From a virus (taxonomy: Duplodnaviria > Caudoviricetes), in IMG/VR virus record IMGVR_UViG_3300023184_002488, positions 1 to 56,981 of that record: a stretch of 56,981 bases of DNA; one strand, 5' to 3'. Shown here one piece after another: positions 17,313 to 26,514 of the stretch (position 1 is the first letter of the stretch; each line of letters opens with the position of its first letter). Both the position numbers and the translations under genes were made by a program. The notes under the pieces were generated by a model. It saw only the letters and a list, made by a program, of their open reading frames with translations, ran no database searches and was not told the origin of the DNA.

Positions 17313-18362
17313 ATGAAAGTCAGTAAGATCCCTGGTCTAGGACGCTTTGGTGTTTATATCGATGACGTAGACCTAGCAAATATTTCACACGAAGAATGGA
17401 TGGAAATTGGTAAAATCCATTTAGAATCATTGGTTACAATTATACGCGGTAATGATTTAAATTACGATACATATTACGATCTATTCAAACAATGGGGCAC
17501 ACCACGTTATAGCCGCCCGCTGAACTTTTACCTAAAATATGGCAAACCTGTTAAAGAACTAGTCATGAATAATCTATTAGATGACGGTGACAAGAACGAA
17601 ATGCGTCTAGGTCGATTATGGCAGATAGATAAACGTCGTCCTGGTATGGTGCGTGTTACAGGTAAACTAAATGACAAAGGCGAACCATTGGGTATTTTTG
17701 ATAATGGCGAACTCAAATGGCACAGCAATGAATGTGCTGATCCAGCGTTCACTCCCGGTGTAGCATTAATGGGTTGGGAATCGATGCAAGGTAGTTGCAC
17801 AGGGTTCGCTACCACAGTTGATTGGTATGAGAAACAGTCAGAAGCATTCCGTAGCGAACTAGATGAATTGATCACTGTTAATAACTATCGACCGTTAAGC
17901 CTTAATCCTGTGCTTAAAGAAGAACAAGAGCAATTCTATAATAATAATCAATGTCCGATTCCAAACGGTGAAGTTCCATTGGTAATCAATAGCCCGGGTG
18001 GTATCAAAGGTCTACACTTACCAGCTACTACGTTTGACTATTTTAAAGGTATGAGCAAAGAAGAATCTACTAAACTATACGATCGTATCTGGGGTGAAGT
18101 CATACAACCAGAATATATGTATGAACATTGGTATCAACGTGATAAAGATATCTTAATCTTTGACAACAGTATCACTGTCCACAATCGCAAGATTGAAAAT
18201 GATGGCATCAGTCCAAATCGTGTAGGACTACGTATACAATTTGATTATGATATTATTGCAGGTAACTATACCCCATTCTATCAAGAGCCGTATAATATCC
18301 AACGTCAAGAACGCATGACTATGATGAAGATCGCTACTGAAGGGTTGGCATTAGCCGCTTAA
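17313..18362 (+). CDS. TauD/TfdA-family dioxygenase (H-x-N variant)
   Basis: GxxIxDVDL start, LKWHSNE, TGFATT, YEHWY..DILIFDNSITVHNR; AGGAG RBS. Confidence 0.85.
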   Translation: MKVSKIPGLGRFGVYIDDVDLANISHEEWMEIGKIHLESLVTIIRGNDLNYDTYYDLFKQWGTPRYSRPLNFYLKYGKPVKELVMNNLLDDGDKNEMRLGRLWQIDKRRPGMVRVTGKLNDKGEPLGIFDNGELKWHSNECADPAFTPGVALMGWESMQGSCTGFATTVDWYEKQSEAFRSELDELITVNNYRPLSLNPVLKEEQEQFYNNNQCPIPNGEVPLVINSPGGIKGLHLPATTFDYFKGMSKEESTKLYDRIWGEVIQPEYMYEHWYQRDKDILIFDNSITVHNRKIENDGISPNRVGLRIQFDYDIIAGNYTPFYQEPYNIQRQERMTMMKIATEGLALAA

Positions 18363-18363
18363 T

Positions 18364-19218
18364 ATGAAATACACTTTACATGAAAATGGGTGGACTGTCA
18401 TTCTCGAAGACTATGACTTTGCTACTGCTACTCAAGAAGACATCAATATACTCGGTAATCTATTAGCGACTAATACTGTTATCATCGCCAAGAATCAAGC
18501 GCATTTAACAGTTGAAGACGAAGTGCGCATTTGTCATATGTTTGGTAATGTAGAAAATACATTATTCGCAGTTGACCAAGCGCCGTGGAAACATTTCTTT
18601 GTCCCCGGTAGTGACACGGAAGTATTGCGTGTCACAGGTGAATTAGATGAACACGGTGAACCTGGACTATTTGGTCATGTCAGTGATTTGGATTGGCACT
18701 GTAATCGCCCTGGCATGGAACATCGTATGCCTATCGTATGGTTATTTGGTGTTAAAGGTACTGTCGGATCTAGAACTAGTTGGATTAATAATATCATGAG
18801 TTATGATGATTTAGATCCTGCGTTTAAAGAAGAAATTAAAGAGCTTAAAATGGTATGTGGGTTCCGTCAAGGTAGTTATTCTGAAATTAATTTTGGCAAG
18901 CCAGAAGATTTTAATGAATATTATAATCCTAGTTTAGTGCATACTAACATCGGACGTAAGACCGGATTATTTTTTCCATTCTTACAGTTCCGTAACTTTG
19001 TAGGATTAACAGAAGAACAAAGCCTACCAATTTTAATAAAATTACGTGATCATATGTTACAAGAAAAATATATGTATCATCATGATTGGTCTGATGGTGA
19101 TGTTGTTATATCTGAGCAATGGCTAGGTATTCATAAACGCTGGCGGTTTGATGGTATGCCCGGACGAGTATTACATCGTGCCTGCTGTGATTTTTCTAAT
19201 ATAGTATTCAATGATTGA
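18364..19218 (+). CDS. TauD/TfdA-family dioxygenase (H-x-N variant)
   Basis: RVTG, LDWHCNR, TSWIN, YHHDWSDGDVVISEQWLGIHKR, RVLHR. Confidence 0.85.
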   Translation: MKYTLHENGWTVILEDYDFATATQEDINILGNLLATNTVIIAKNQAHLTVEDEVRICHMFGNVENTLFAVDQAPWKHFFVPGSDTEVLRVTGELDEHGEPGLFGHVSDLDWHCNRPGMEHRMPIVWLFGVKGTVGSRTSWINNIMSYDDLDPAFKEEIKELKMVCGFRQGSYSEINFGKPEDFNEYYNPSLVHTNIGRKTGLFFPFLQFRNFVGLTEEQSLPILIKLRDHMLQEKYMYHHDWSDGDVVISEQWLGIHKRWRFDGMPGRVLHRACCDFSNIVFND

Positions 19219-19828
19219 TCGCCAGACAATTAAGTTCTTCCAGCACTTACCTAAATTAGAGGAATCCGATAATCATTTCTTTGAGTCGGTGTTTAGCATT
19301 AACTCCAATGATCTCAAGGTCATGCACGATCTAGCAAAAACCATAGATATCCCCCCTCGTATACGAAAGAAATATCGCTGGTATATTGATGACCATACAG
19401 GTAAATTATATTCTAAAGACCTATGTAATGTCAATGGCGTTCCAGCACATGATCATTATCAAAAGATGTTTCCCGGAGCTATCATAGAAAATCCTATATT
19501 AGAGTGGTTGCCAGAATACGAACCATTTAAGAATGTATTGGCACCAATTGGTAAACAATGGCGTTGGGTCATGTTGGTGCGAATTGACCCCATGGGTTAT
19601 TGGGGACCACATTTCAACATACCCGGATCAATGGATCAGGAAGATTATACATTATATTGGATTCCATTGAATCAAGTTAAAAATAGATTTTTTGCTGCTG
19701 CCAATGTTGGATATTTTGAACCTCAAGTAGGCAAAGCCTATATACAACGAGGGCATATATATCAGTATTCTACAATTAATCTCGGCAACGAGCCAATGTA
19801 TAATATCACTGGGGTTTGTATTAAATGA
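19211..19828 (+). CDS. Degenerate 2OG-Fe(II)/AspH-like cupin
   Basis: VRIDPMGYWGPHFN, YWIPL, GKAY, INLGNEP follow the AspH-like strand pattern, but the distal His/Arg appear replaced. Confidence 0.5.
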   Translation: MIDRQTIKFFQHLPKLEESDNHFFESVFSINSNDLKVMHDLAKTIDIPPRIRKKYRWYIDDHTGKLYSKDLCNVNGVPAHDHYQKMFPGAIIENPILEWLPEYEPFKNVLAPIGKQWRWVMLVRIDPMGYWGPHFNIPGSMDQEDYTLYWIPLNQVKNRFFAAANVGYFEPQVGKAYIQRGHIYQYSTINLGNEPMYNITGVCIK

Positions 19829-20271
19829 TCACCCCTATTAGGATCATGTTAAAATCAATAGAAAAAATAACCACTGTTGATTGTAAAATTTTCTGTAATA
19901 AGATACAATATCCATTCGAAATAGTCAATCATGGAGAACATTTTGACATTTATAAAAATGAAACTATGTTTTTTATATCTATTGACACTGTAGTTGATTG
20001 TATCGATTCTAACGAATTATCGATACTATGGAGGAATAAACCTCTAATAGATAGTGAAATTGACGATATTGAAATAAATTACCTATATATTGATAAAAAT
20101 AATCTATTCAAGGCAAGCAGATTTTATCATATTCATTCTAACGATCTGGTTGATCCACCGAAAGAATTTGATAATAACTATTGGAATCCAGGGACACAAA
20201 TTGATAATCCTGGAATATTTTATTTAGATTTTAATTTACCCATCGAATCTTGGTGTTTTAAGGTGTGCTAA
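19825..20271 (+). CDS. Hypothetical protein
   Basis: ATGA-coupled to the previous gene; AT-rich. Confidence 0.6.
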   Translation: MITPIRIMLKSIEKITTVDCKIFCNKIQYPFEIVNHGEHFDIYKNETMFFISIDTVVDCIDSNELSILWRNKPLIDSEIDDIEINYLYIDKNNLFKASRFYHIHSNDLVDPPKEFDNNYWNPGTQIDNPGIFYLDFNLPIESWCFKVC

Positions 20272-21048
20272 TACTTTTAATGCGTCAATTAAATTTATAT
20301 ATTTCAATGGTTGGGTAAGGAATTTTACCGTATCTTGTTCAGACCAATCAATAGCATAAAAATCTTCCCAGGTATTGATAGCTGGTTGCGGGACAGCATT
20401 GTAGTAGGTCCAACCGGAGGGTTGGTTGGTTTTATATATACCCAATAGTTCAAATTCACTAAACCATTTAGGTTCACCTAATTCTCTTATATTAGGAATA
20501 GCATCTAACCAACTGCATTGACTACGTTCTTCTAATAGTTGTTTTAATTCATTCCAATCTTGTTTACTGTAGGGCATGAGTTCGTTTACAAGACTGTAAT
20601 TTAATACCCGTGTTAACCCTGTAAGTTTCTCTACCATCTCAGCATACAATTCCTGATACGGGTTCCAAAGATTTTCTGCTTTAAAGTTTAACTTACTATC
20701 TACAAAAAAATCAAATTGTTTAAGAGGGACCTGGTCGCAGTCTTGTAGCAAAAAATAATCACTGTCAAAATGATCAAATGCACAGAGTTTCAATGCCTGT
20801 TGATAATACCAATTATTGTGTTTATAACGACTTAGATCATAATAGTTTTCAAAATAAAGATCATCTAATAAAATATACTTAGACGGATCTAAATCAAATT
20901 CAGCGAATACGCTGTCGATTTTATGTTGCGGATAGGGACTGATTATATAAGTCTTATCGGGATATGGCTTGAGATTGTGATCAAAATTTAAAGTAATTGC
21001 AGCCTCATTGATCCGACTGGGGCCAATGGGAAATATGCGTGTAATCAT
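20236..21048 (-). CDS. Glycosyltransferase-like protein (DUF6492-like)
   Basis: WYYQQALKL, FLLQDCD (DxD), FSEFELLG. Confidence 0.65.
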   Translation of the reverse strand: MITRIFPIGPSRINEAAITLNFDHNLKPYPDKTYIISPYPQHKIDSVFAEFDLDPSKYILLDDLYFENYYDLSRYKHNNWYYQQALKLCAFDHFDSDYFLLQDCDQVPLKQFDFFVDSKLNFKAENLWNPYQELYAEMVEKLTGLTRVLNYSLVNELMPYSKQDWNELKQLLEERSQCSWLDAIPNIRELGEPKWFSEFELLGIYKTNQPSGWTYYNAVPQPAINTWEDFYAIDWSEQDTVKFLTQPLKYINLIDALKVLAHLKTPRFDG

Positions 21049-21518
21049 TCAGCTGTCTTAAAGACAGCGTTAATTAAATCTGGTAATCCCCAAGTGATAC
21101 TCATACCGGGGCTAATATCAGGAATACCGCACCAACCAGGATAAGATGTGTCTCTTATATATGGATTAGTAATAGTTATATTAGATTGTCCACCAAAACG
21201 TGCGGGTTTACCTTTAATCGCTGTTTGCCAATTTAAATACACCTGTTGATCATCTAAATAAAAATCCACATGATAAGTTTGTATTGGGCCAATGGTTTCC
21301 GGTCTATTAATAACCGTTAATGTAACATAATCATTAGTGTCATAATCAACAGTAAATTCTATAGGATCCGGAGTTACTTGATTAGGGTCTACATTAAATC
21401 GAGCTGTAATTTCTGCACGTTCTACCACTGTAGTGCCACCAAACAATAAGTCTACCCAGGCCGATCCAGTTAATAAGCTACCTTTACTGATATTTGCTAC
21501 TACTCGTAATTGTGACAT
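21045..21518 (-). CDS. Hypothetical beta-rich protein
   Basis: AAGGA RBS; late promoter at 21541-21548. Confidence 0.7.
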   Translation of the reverse strand: MSQLRVVANISKGSLLTGSAWVDLLFGGTTVVERAEITARFNVDPNQVTPDPIEFTVDYDTNDYVTLTVINRPETIGPIQTYHVDFYLDDQQVYLNWQTAIKGKPARFGGQSNITITNPYIRDTSYPGWCGIPDISPGMSITWGLPDLINAVFKTAE

Positions 21519-21540
21519 AATTGACTATCCTTATTTTGTG

Positions 21541-21548
21541 TATTTATA
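21541..21548 (-). promoter_or_regulatory. T4-late consensus promoter TATAAATA
   Basis: Exact motif. Confidence 0.7.
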
Positions 21549-21550
21549 TG

Positions 21551-22900
21551 CTATTTGAACCCAAAGGCAAATTTACTAGGCTTCATTGTTGCGTAATAAC
21601 TCTTACCAGCATCGATTAGCATCGTGCCTTCAAAGTTTGGTGGGTAGACTGAACGGAATCCAGTAACCACTGCATCTTGACCTTGGACTTTCATATCGAG
21701 GTAGATTTGAACGATACTAGATTGATTCATGAATGCCTGCATACCTTTGCTCATCTTTGGCATGGCATTTAATCGATCAGCTACGTATTTGGCCACGCTA
21801 CTTAATAGGTGTAGACCAGCATTGTAGTTCTTGTTAGTTGTATCTGCGGCATAGTTACTGCATAATTTAGCATATCTGCTAGGCAATTTATTAGTACCAA
21901 CATTAATCATATTACGGCAATCTTCCGCGGTACGTGCATCAATAATGCCAAATGTTACACCTAGTTCAAGTGGTGCATCTATAGCCGTCAATGAGTTGAT
22001 AATATTAATCATGCTGACTACTTGTTTATAAGTTTTTATTAGATCTGGACTGGTAGTTCTTGCTTTTTCGATAGCATCATAGATATTCTTAGCACTGGCT
22101 TTAGCACCGTTGCCGCCTTTACTACTGATGCCGAGATCTGCACCTTTGGCTGATTGGAATACGCTGTCGACCAAGTTGTGTGTTTTACTCATTGGCCAAC
22201 GCACTTTACATTTTGCATATGGTGAACCTAATACGTCTTTACGTGCTAGATCAGCGTCACCACCAATAACACCACTGGCTAGAGCAACAGGAGTTAATAT
22301 CTCACCAAAGTAATCACGCAGTGCTGGCATCTGGCTAGCCATACCCTGGAATACTGGTAATTGCCCTTGACGGACTGCATCTAAGGCCTGTGTTAATTGT
22401 TGTTCATGTTGAACGTTTGTTAGTTTGCCTTTGATAGTAACCAAGGCTTGATCAATATTAGGAAAGCTAGTACCTACACCCACTAAGGTTTGTGGGTCAT
22501 AGCCTGTGGCTAGTTTTTGTGATGTTGCCGTGTTTAGTTTCCAACCTGAGGGTATTTCATTATTAGCCCATTTACCTGTTAGCACACCTTGTGTGGTGTT
22601 AATATAACGACCCCAATAAACAGCATCACCATCGCTGGTCTGTAATTGTGCTACTGCAAATGCTTTGTTATTACCTGGATTATTAACCCATTGTATCTTA
22701 TCTTTAAGCACTTTCTTTTCTAGATTAGCGATATTCTGATCGCGTTCTTCTGCGCTAGAATATGCGGCTTGACCTGGGGGAGGAAAAGGGGTTACCTGCT
22801 TGAATTCAGCAGTAATACCATCGGTATGCACATATGGATCGCCTGGGCGACGACCAAAAAATCCCTTGGCTTCTTGTAGTTTTAATTCGCTAATTTTCAT
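21551..22900 (-). CDS. Probable head-packaged protein with a PD-(D/E)xK-like motif
   Basis: N-terminus MKISELKLQE-A resembles a capsid-targeting sequence; DYFGE...LVDS...ISSK; late promoter GATAAATA at 22908-22915. Confidence 0.5.
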   Translation of the reverse strand: MKISELKLQEAKGFFGRRPGDPYVHTDGITAEFKQVTPFPPPGQAAYSSAEERDQNIANLEKKVLKDKIQWVNNPGNNKAFAVAQLQTSDGDAVYWGRYINTTQGVLTGKWANNEIPSGWKLNTATSQKLATGYDPQTLVGVGTSFPNIDQALVTIKGKLTNVQHEQQLTQALDAVRQGQLPVFQGMASQMPALRDYFGEILTPVALASGVIGGDADLARKDVLGSPYAKCKVRWPMSKTHNLVDSVFQSAKGADLGISSKGGNGAKASAKNIYDAIEKARTTSPDLIKTYKQVVSMINIINSLTAIDAPLELGVTFGIIDARTAEDCRNMINVGTNKLPSRYAKLCSNYAADTTNKNYNAGLHLLSSVAKYVADRLNAMPKMSKGMQAFMNQSSIVQIYLDMKVQGQDAVVTGFRSVYPPNFEGTMLIDAGKSYYATMKPSKFAFGFK

Positions 22901-22910
22901 GATATAGTAT

Positions 22911-23669
22911 TTATCTACGTTCTATATCATCTTCGTTGCAGTCTATTCCGTATTGTATTTCAACTATTTTGCAAGGCATATCGTAGGGATTAAACAATCT
23001 ATGCCATTGTTCGACGCTGATGTGATGTGTTTGATGTTTAACCAACGGTTTTTGAATTAATTGGTTTGACGGCAATGTATATTGTTCAACCATACAACGC
23101 CCATCAGCGATCATCCATTCTTCTGTGCGATCATAATGTCGTTGCATGGTTAAACTCTGCCCGGATTCTATAGTCAACTCTTTAACTTTAGTGCCAGGTA
23201 CTTCATGCAAGACACGATAGTAGCCCCATGGACGTATAGTCTTAGGTGCTTTCCATTCTTCTAATATCCAACTACTTGAATTCTTTTTATTTTCGCCACC
23301 AACCCCAAACGCAAACTCCACATCTTTGATCGCCATCTCTGGAATGTTATCTTGTGTGCGATCGCCACCATTGGCAAATATGATCTGGCTATTGGGATAT
23401 AGATCTTTAACATTGTGTATGGCTTCTAAGGCAGTGTCATCGTCGTCATTAAACAAGATGACTCCGTCAACAAACTTAAGATTCTCGAGGATAGTAACAC
23501 GTTCCGGACCGGGCATAAACGCACGACCTTTCTTACGTGTTAACCAAGCATCACTGTTGACTCCTACTATCAGAACATTACCTAAAGACTTAGCAGATTT
23601 TAAGTATTCTATATGTCCTGAATGCAATGGGTCAAACCCACCGGTACATAATACTACTCGATTGATCAT
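22911..23669 (-). CDS. Cytidylyl/adenylyltransferase (RfaE/TagD-like) fused to an MPI-type cupin
   Basis: GGFDPLHSGH, VGVNSD, FANGGDR, NSSS; then RPWG, SLTMQRH..RTEEW, IVEIQYG..EDDIER. Confidence 0.9.
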   Translation of the reverse strand: MINRVVLCTGGFDPLHSGHIEYLKSAKSLGNVLIVGVNSDAWLTRKKGRAFMPGPERVTILENLKFVDGVILFNDDDDTALEAIHNVKDLYPNSQIIFANGGDRTQDNIPEMAIKDVEFAFGVGGENKKNSSSWILEEWKAPKTIRPWGYYRVLHEVPGTKVKELTIESGQSLTMQRHYDRTEEWMIADGRCMVEQYTLPSNQLIQKPLVKHQTHHISVEQWHRLFNPYDMPCKIVEIQYGIDCNEDDIERR

Positions 23670-24586
23670 TTTGATTTATAGCTTTTTCTTGGAGGGGGGG
23701 TAGAATTAACTTTTAAAGGTTTAAGTAACTGTGTTTCTTTAGTCACTGCGGCTCTTTGCTTGATAGTAATTTCAGTCGACTGCGTTGTTTCGTTGAACAC
23801 CCCATCAACTGTAGGAGTAAGATTTTCAGTTCCTGGTGCAGGTGCCCATTGGCTAACATAGTCAATGAAATAGTTTTCTTTGTCTAACCACGGCATGACG
23901 ATCTCTTCTTGTTTCAAATACCCGTGTGTGTTGATACTAGATACTATGCTAGGATGTAGCAAATTTTTGTCTGCTAGGTCATACCAGTTAGTAGTTTCTG
24001 GATCCATTACCGGCACGTCTGATTTATACACTGCCATCTGTATCCATGGGTCACCAAATTTCTTTAGTAGATAAGCATCTCGGCAGTCGAATCCATTGAC
24101 GGTTAACATATAAATCAAACTAGTAGGAGTGTAGTTAAAATAGCAACCATTATAAGTCCTGCTGTAGTATCTATTATACTCAACTCCGTTATATTGCGGG
24201 ATAGATATCAGCAACATACCGTTGGTAGTCATATAGCTGTTCCACATACGCAGAGTTTTTAATGGATCTGTGCTGTAGTTTAGACTATCGTGTGCCCACA
24301 TTAGGTCTATGCTAATAGGAAATAGATTTTCTTTATCATATATATCACATATTTTATTGATATTTTTAAGGGTAGGAACTTGAGCTATTTTAGCCGGGTC
24401 CTTGTCTACTGCAAACACATTAAAATTATATGGCTGGGGAGGATCTTCATAATTTTCTAAGGTTGCCCACCAATGAACGTCCTCACCAACTCCGCAACCC
24501 ATGTCGGCGACCGTGCGTAGGCTTTCTAAGAACGTATCGTATTGGCGAATTGTTTCTAATATATGTGTTGCGTGCCTGTTAGCCAA
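23666..24586 (-). CDS. Class I SAM-dependent methyltransferase
   Basis: VADMGCGVGED, FAVD, DLMWAHD, NGMLLI. Confidence 0.75.
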   Translation of the reverse strand: MANRHATHILETIRQYDTFLESLRTVADMGCGVGEDVHWWATLENYEDPPQPYNFNVFAVDKDPAKIAQVPTLKNINKICDIYDKENLFPISIDLMWAHDSLNYSTDPLKTLRMWNSYMTTNGMLLISIPQYNGVEYNRYYSRTYNGCYFNYTPTSLIYMLTVNGFDCRDAYLLKKFGDPWIQMAVYKSDVPVMDPETTNWYDLADKNLLHPSIVSSINTHGYLKQEEIVMPWLDKENYFIDYVSQWAPAPGTENLTPTVDGVFNETTQSTEITIKQRAAVTKETQLLKPLKVNSTPPPRKSYKSK

Positions 24587-25034
24587 TTGATGCGTCCTCC
24601 ATACCTGCTGTTCTCAAGCGTGTAACGTGCCCAAGCATAAAGTTCTTGCTTTCCAGACCTTTCATGATACCTAACCATTTGTTACGTAGCAGGGCTACTT
24701 CATTGATGATGGTCTCAAAGTCGATAACTTCATCTTCACCATCAACATATTTTTCTACGTCACGTGACGTCAATGCTCTTTGATAGTTTTCTAGATATTT
24801 TTGGAAGTGTGTCCTACGTATCTTACGCAGTTTAATATTAAGATAATTGAGCACCGCCTCAACCTCTTGTAGTTGATTAAAGCGACGCTCAGTTATACCG
24901 GGCAGGCCAGCGAGATTTTTCTCTATGTTACCATAGACAGCAACTTCTCGTCGTGCTTCTTCTAATTCCTGTTCATAGTGTTGAATGAAATCAGGTATTG
25001 AATTAAGACTAGCTACTACTTTTGAATACCACAT
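24579..25034 (-). CDS. uvsY: Recombination mediator UvsY
   Basis: Helical protein with LTSRDVEKYVDGE and C-terminal RLRTAG; downstream of recA and gp32. Confidence 0.75.
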   Translation of the reverse strand: MWYSKVVASLNSIPDFIQHYEQELEEARREVAVYGNIEKNLAGLPGITERRFNQLQEVEAVLNYLNIKLRKIRRTHFQKYLENYQRALTSRDVEKYVDGEDEVIDFETIINEVALLRNKWLGIMKGLESKNFMLGHVTRLRTAGMEDASIG

Positions 25035-26269
25035 AATGCCTCATATTTAATTAACCACGGAAACGTTTGTTGCCAATTGGTGTTTCTTCTTCTATCTTTC
25101 TCATTGAGATATACTAATAATTTTGTGATCTCTTCTAAATTCTGTTCTGTTGCTAATATTTGTTTTAAGATTCCGTCCATATATTGATACGCTGATTTAT
25201 CTTCGTCAGTAACCATTTGCATTAATTTTAATATCTCTTCTGCTGTATCTACAAATTCTTCTTTGCCAAAGATCTCTCCTTTGAGATAACTTGGGCCAGG
25301 AGTAACGCCGCTAAACCAATGGCCAATTTTCCTATCTTTTCGCCAAGTAGCAAGTTTATTTAATAATGTTGGCATAGTTTTAATAGTTAGTGCAGATATA
25401 GTCTGATTGATATTTAAATACAACCATTTATTATCTAATAACAATTTAAAATTTTCTTCCCACGGATCAAGTTTAATCCCCCACCTAACATATTCTTGTT
25501 CAGGCCCCCAACAATCAATACTACAGGTAATATCCACTCGTTTAAGTTTTCTTGCTGTTAACAATTTTTTAAATCTATTGATAAATTCTTCAATGCGTTT
25601 TTTTGGAACCATCAAATTTGTAACTATATTAAGTTCACATTCGGGATTGGGATTTTCCTCAATCATATCTAATAATTTATCAAATTCTTTCTGATAAAAT
25701 GGTTCTCCTCCTAGCACATGCAGTCTTTTAACTTTTGGAAAGCCCTCAGGGAACCATTGCCAAAAAAGAGGAACTAAATCTTTAAAATGATCAGGTGACG
25801 GGATAATTTTAATTCCATGACTTTCAAAATTACCAAATTCTCTATTCTCGGTTTCGATTGTTGAACTAAAACTCGCATCGCAATATAAGCACCCTAGATT
25901 ACAAGCGTTATTAAAATATACTTCAACTATACTAGGTGAAGTTAATATAGCCCCCGGATCCATTTCAATCTCTACAGGAGTTAAATTTGGAATAGTCTGT
26001 TGACGCATCCTATCACTAAATCCGCCGGCTTCTTCGATCTCTCGACAGTAACTACAACTTGTTTCAGGCCACTCACCATCTAACATATTTTTTCGATCAG
26101 ATAATTTTAAAGGTGTATTATGGAAATTAAAAAAGTTTTCAGATGTTAGTTCAGATTCTGCAGTTCTATGGCAACTTCTGGTAACTCCGCTATTAAGAAA
26201 AATAGTGCTCCAGGCCCATTTTAATTGGCACGATGTAGCAGTCCTAATAGGGAAATACTTATCAGACAT
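25016..26269 (-). CDS. Radical SAM protein with N-terminal twitch-like Cys cluster
   Basis: CNLGCLYC, GGEPF, VTNL, SIDC; N-terminal CQLKW...SCHR...CSYC. Confidence 0.9.
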   Translation of the reverse strand: MSDKYFPIRTATSCQLKWAWSTIFLNSGVTRSCHRTAESELTSENFFNFHNTPLKLSDRKNMLDGEWPETSCSYCREIEEAGGFSDRMRQQTIPNLTPVEIEMDPGAILTSPSIVEVYFNNACNLGCLYCDASFSSTIETENREFGNFESHGIKIIPSPDHFKDLVPLFWQWFPEGFPKVKRLHVLGGEPFYQKEFDKLLDMIEENPNPECELNIVTNLMVPKKRIEEFINRFKKLLTARKLKRVDITCSIDCWGPEQEYVRWGIKLDPWEENFKLLLDNKWLYLNINQTISALTIKTMPTLLNKLATWRKDRKIGHWFSGVTPGPSYLKGEIFGKEEFVDTAEEILKLMQMVTDEDKSAYQYMDGILKQILATEQNLEEITKLLVYLNEKDRRRNTNWQQTFPWLIKYEALCGIQK

Positions 26270-26514
26270 TAATAGTCATCACCGTCATTTTCTTCATCGG
26301 CGATCGCTTCATCTTCCTCATCACCAAGATACTCTTTAACAGCACGACCTAGATAAGCATCAGTTCCACCAAAGGTTTTAAGCTCACTTTCAGTGATATT
26401 GTGATCAGCGGCAACACTGATAACATGATCAGCGGCTGCTTGGCGATCCTTGGGATTGATATACTCTTTACAAGTAAGCCAAACTTCACTAGCAATATCT
26501 AATTCAACACTCAT
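26269..26514 (-). CDS. Small acidic hypothetical protein
   Basis: ATGA-coupled to recA; acidic C-terminal tail. Confidence 0.75.
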   Translation of the reverse strand: MSVELDIASEVWLTCKEYINPKDRQAAADHVISVAADHNITESELKTFGGTDAYLGRAVKEYLGDEEDEAIADEENDGDDY

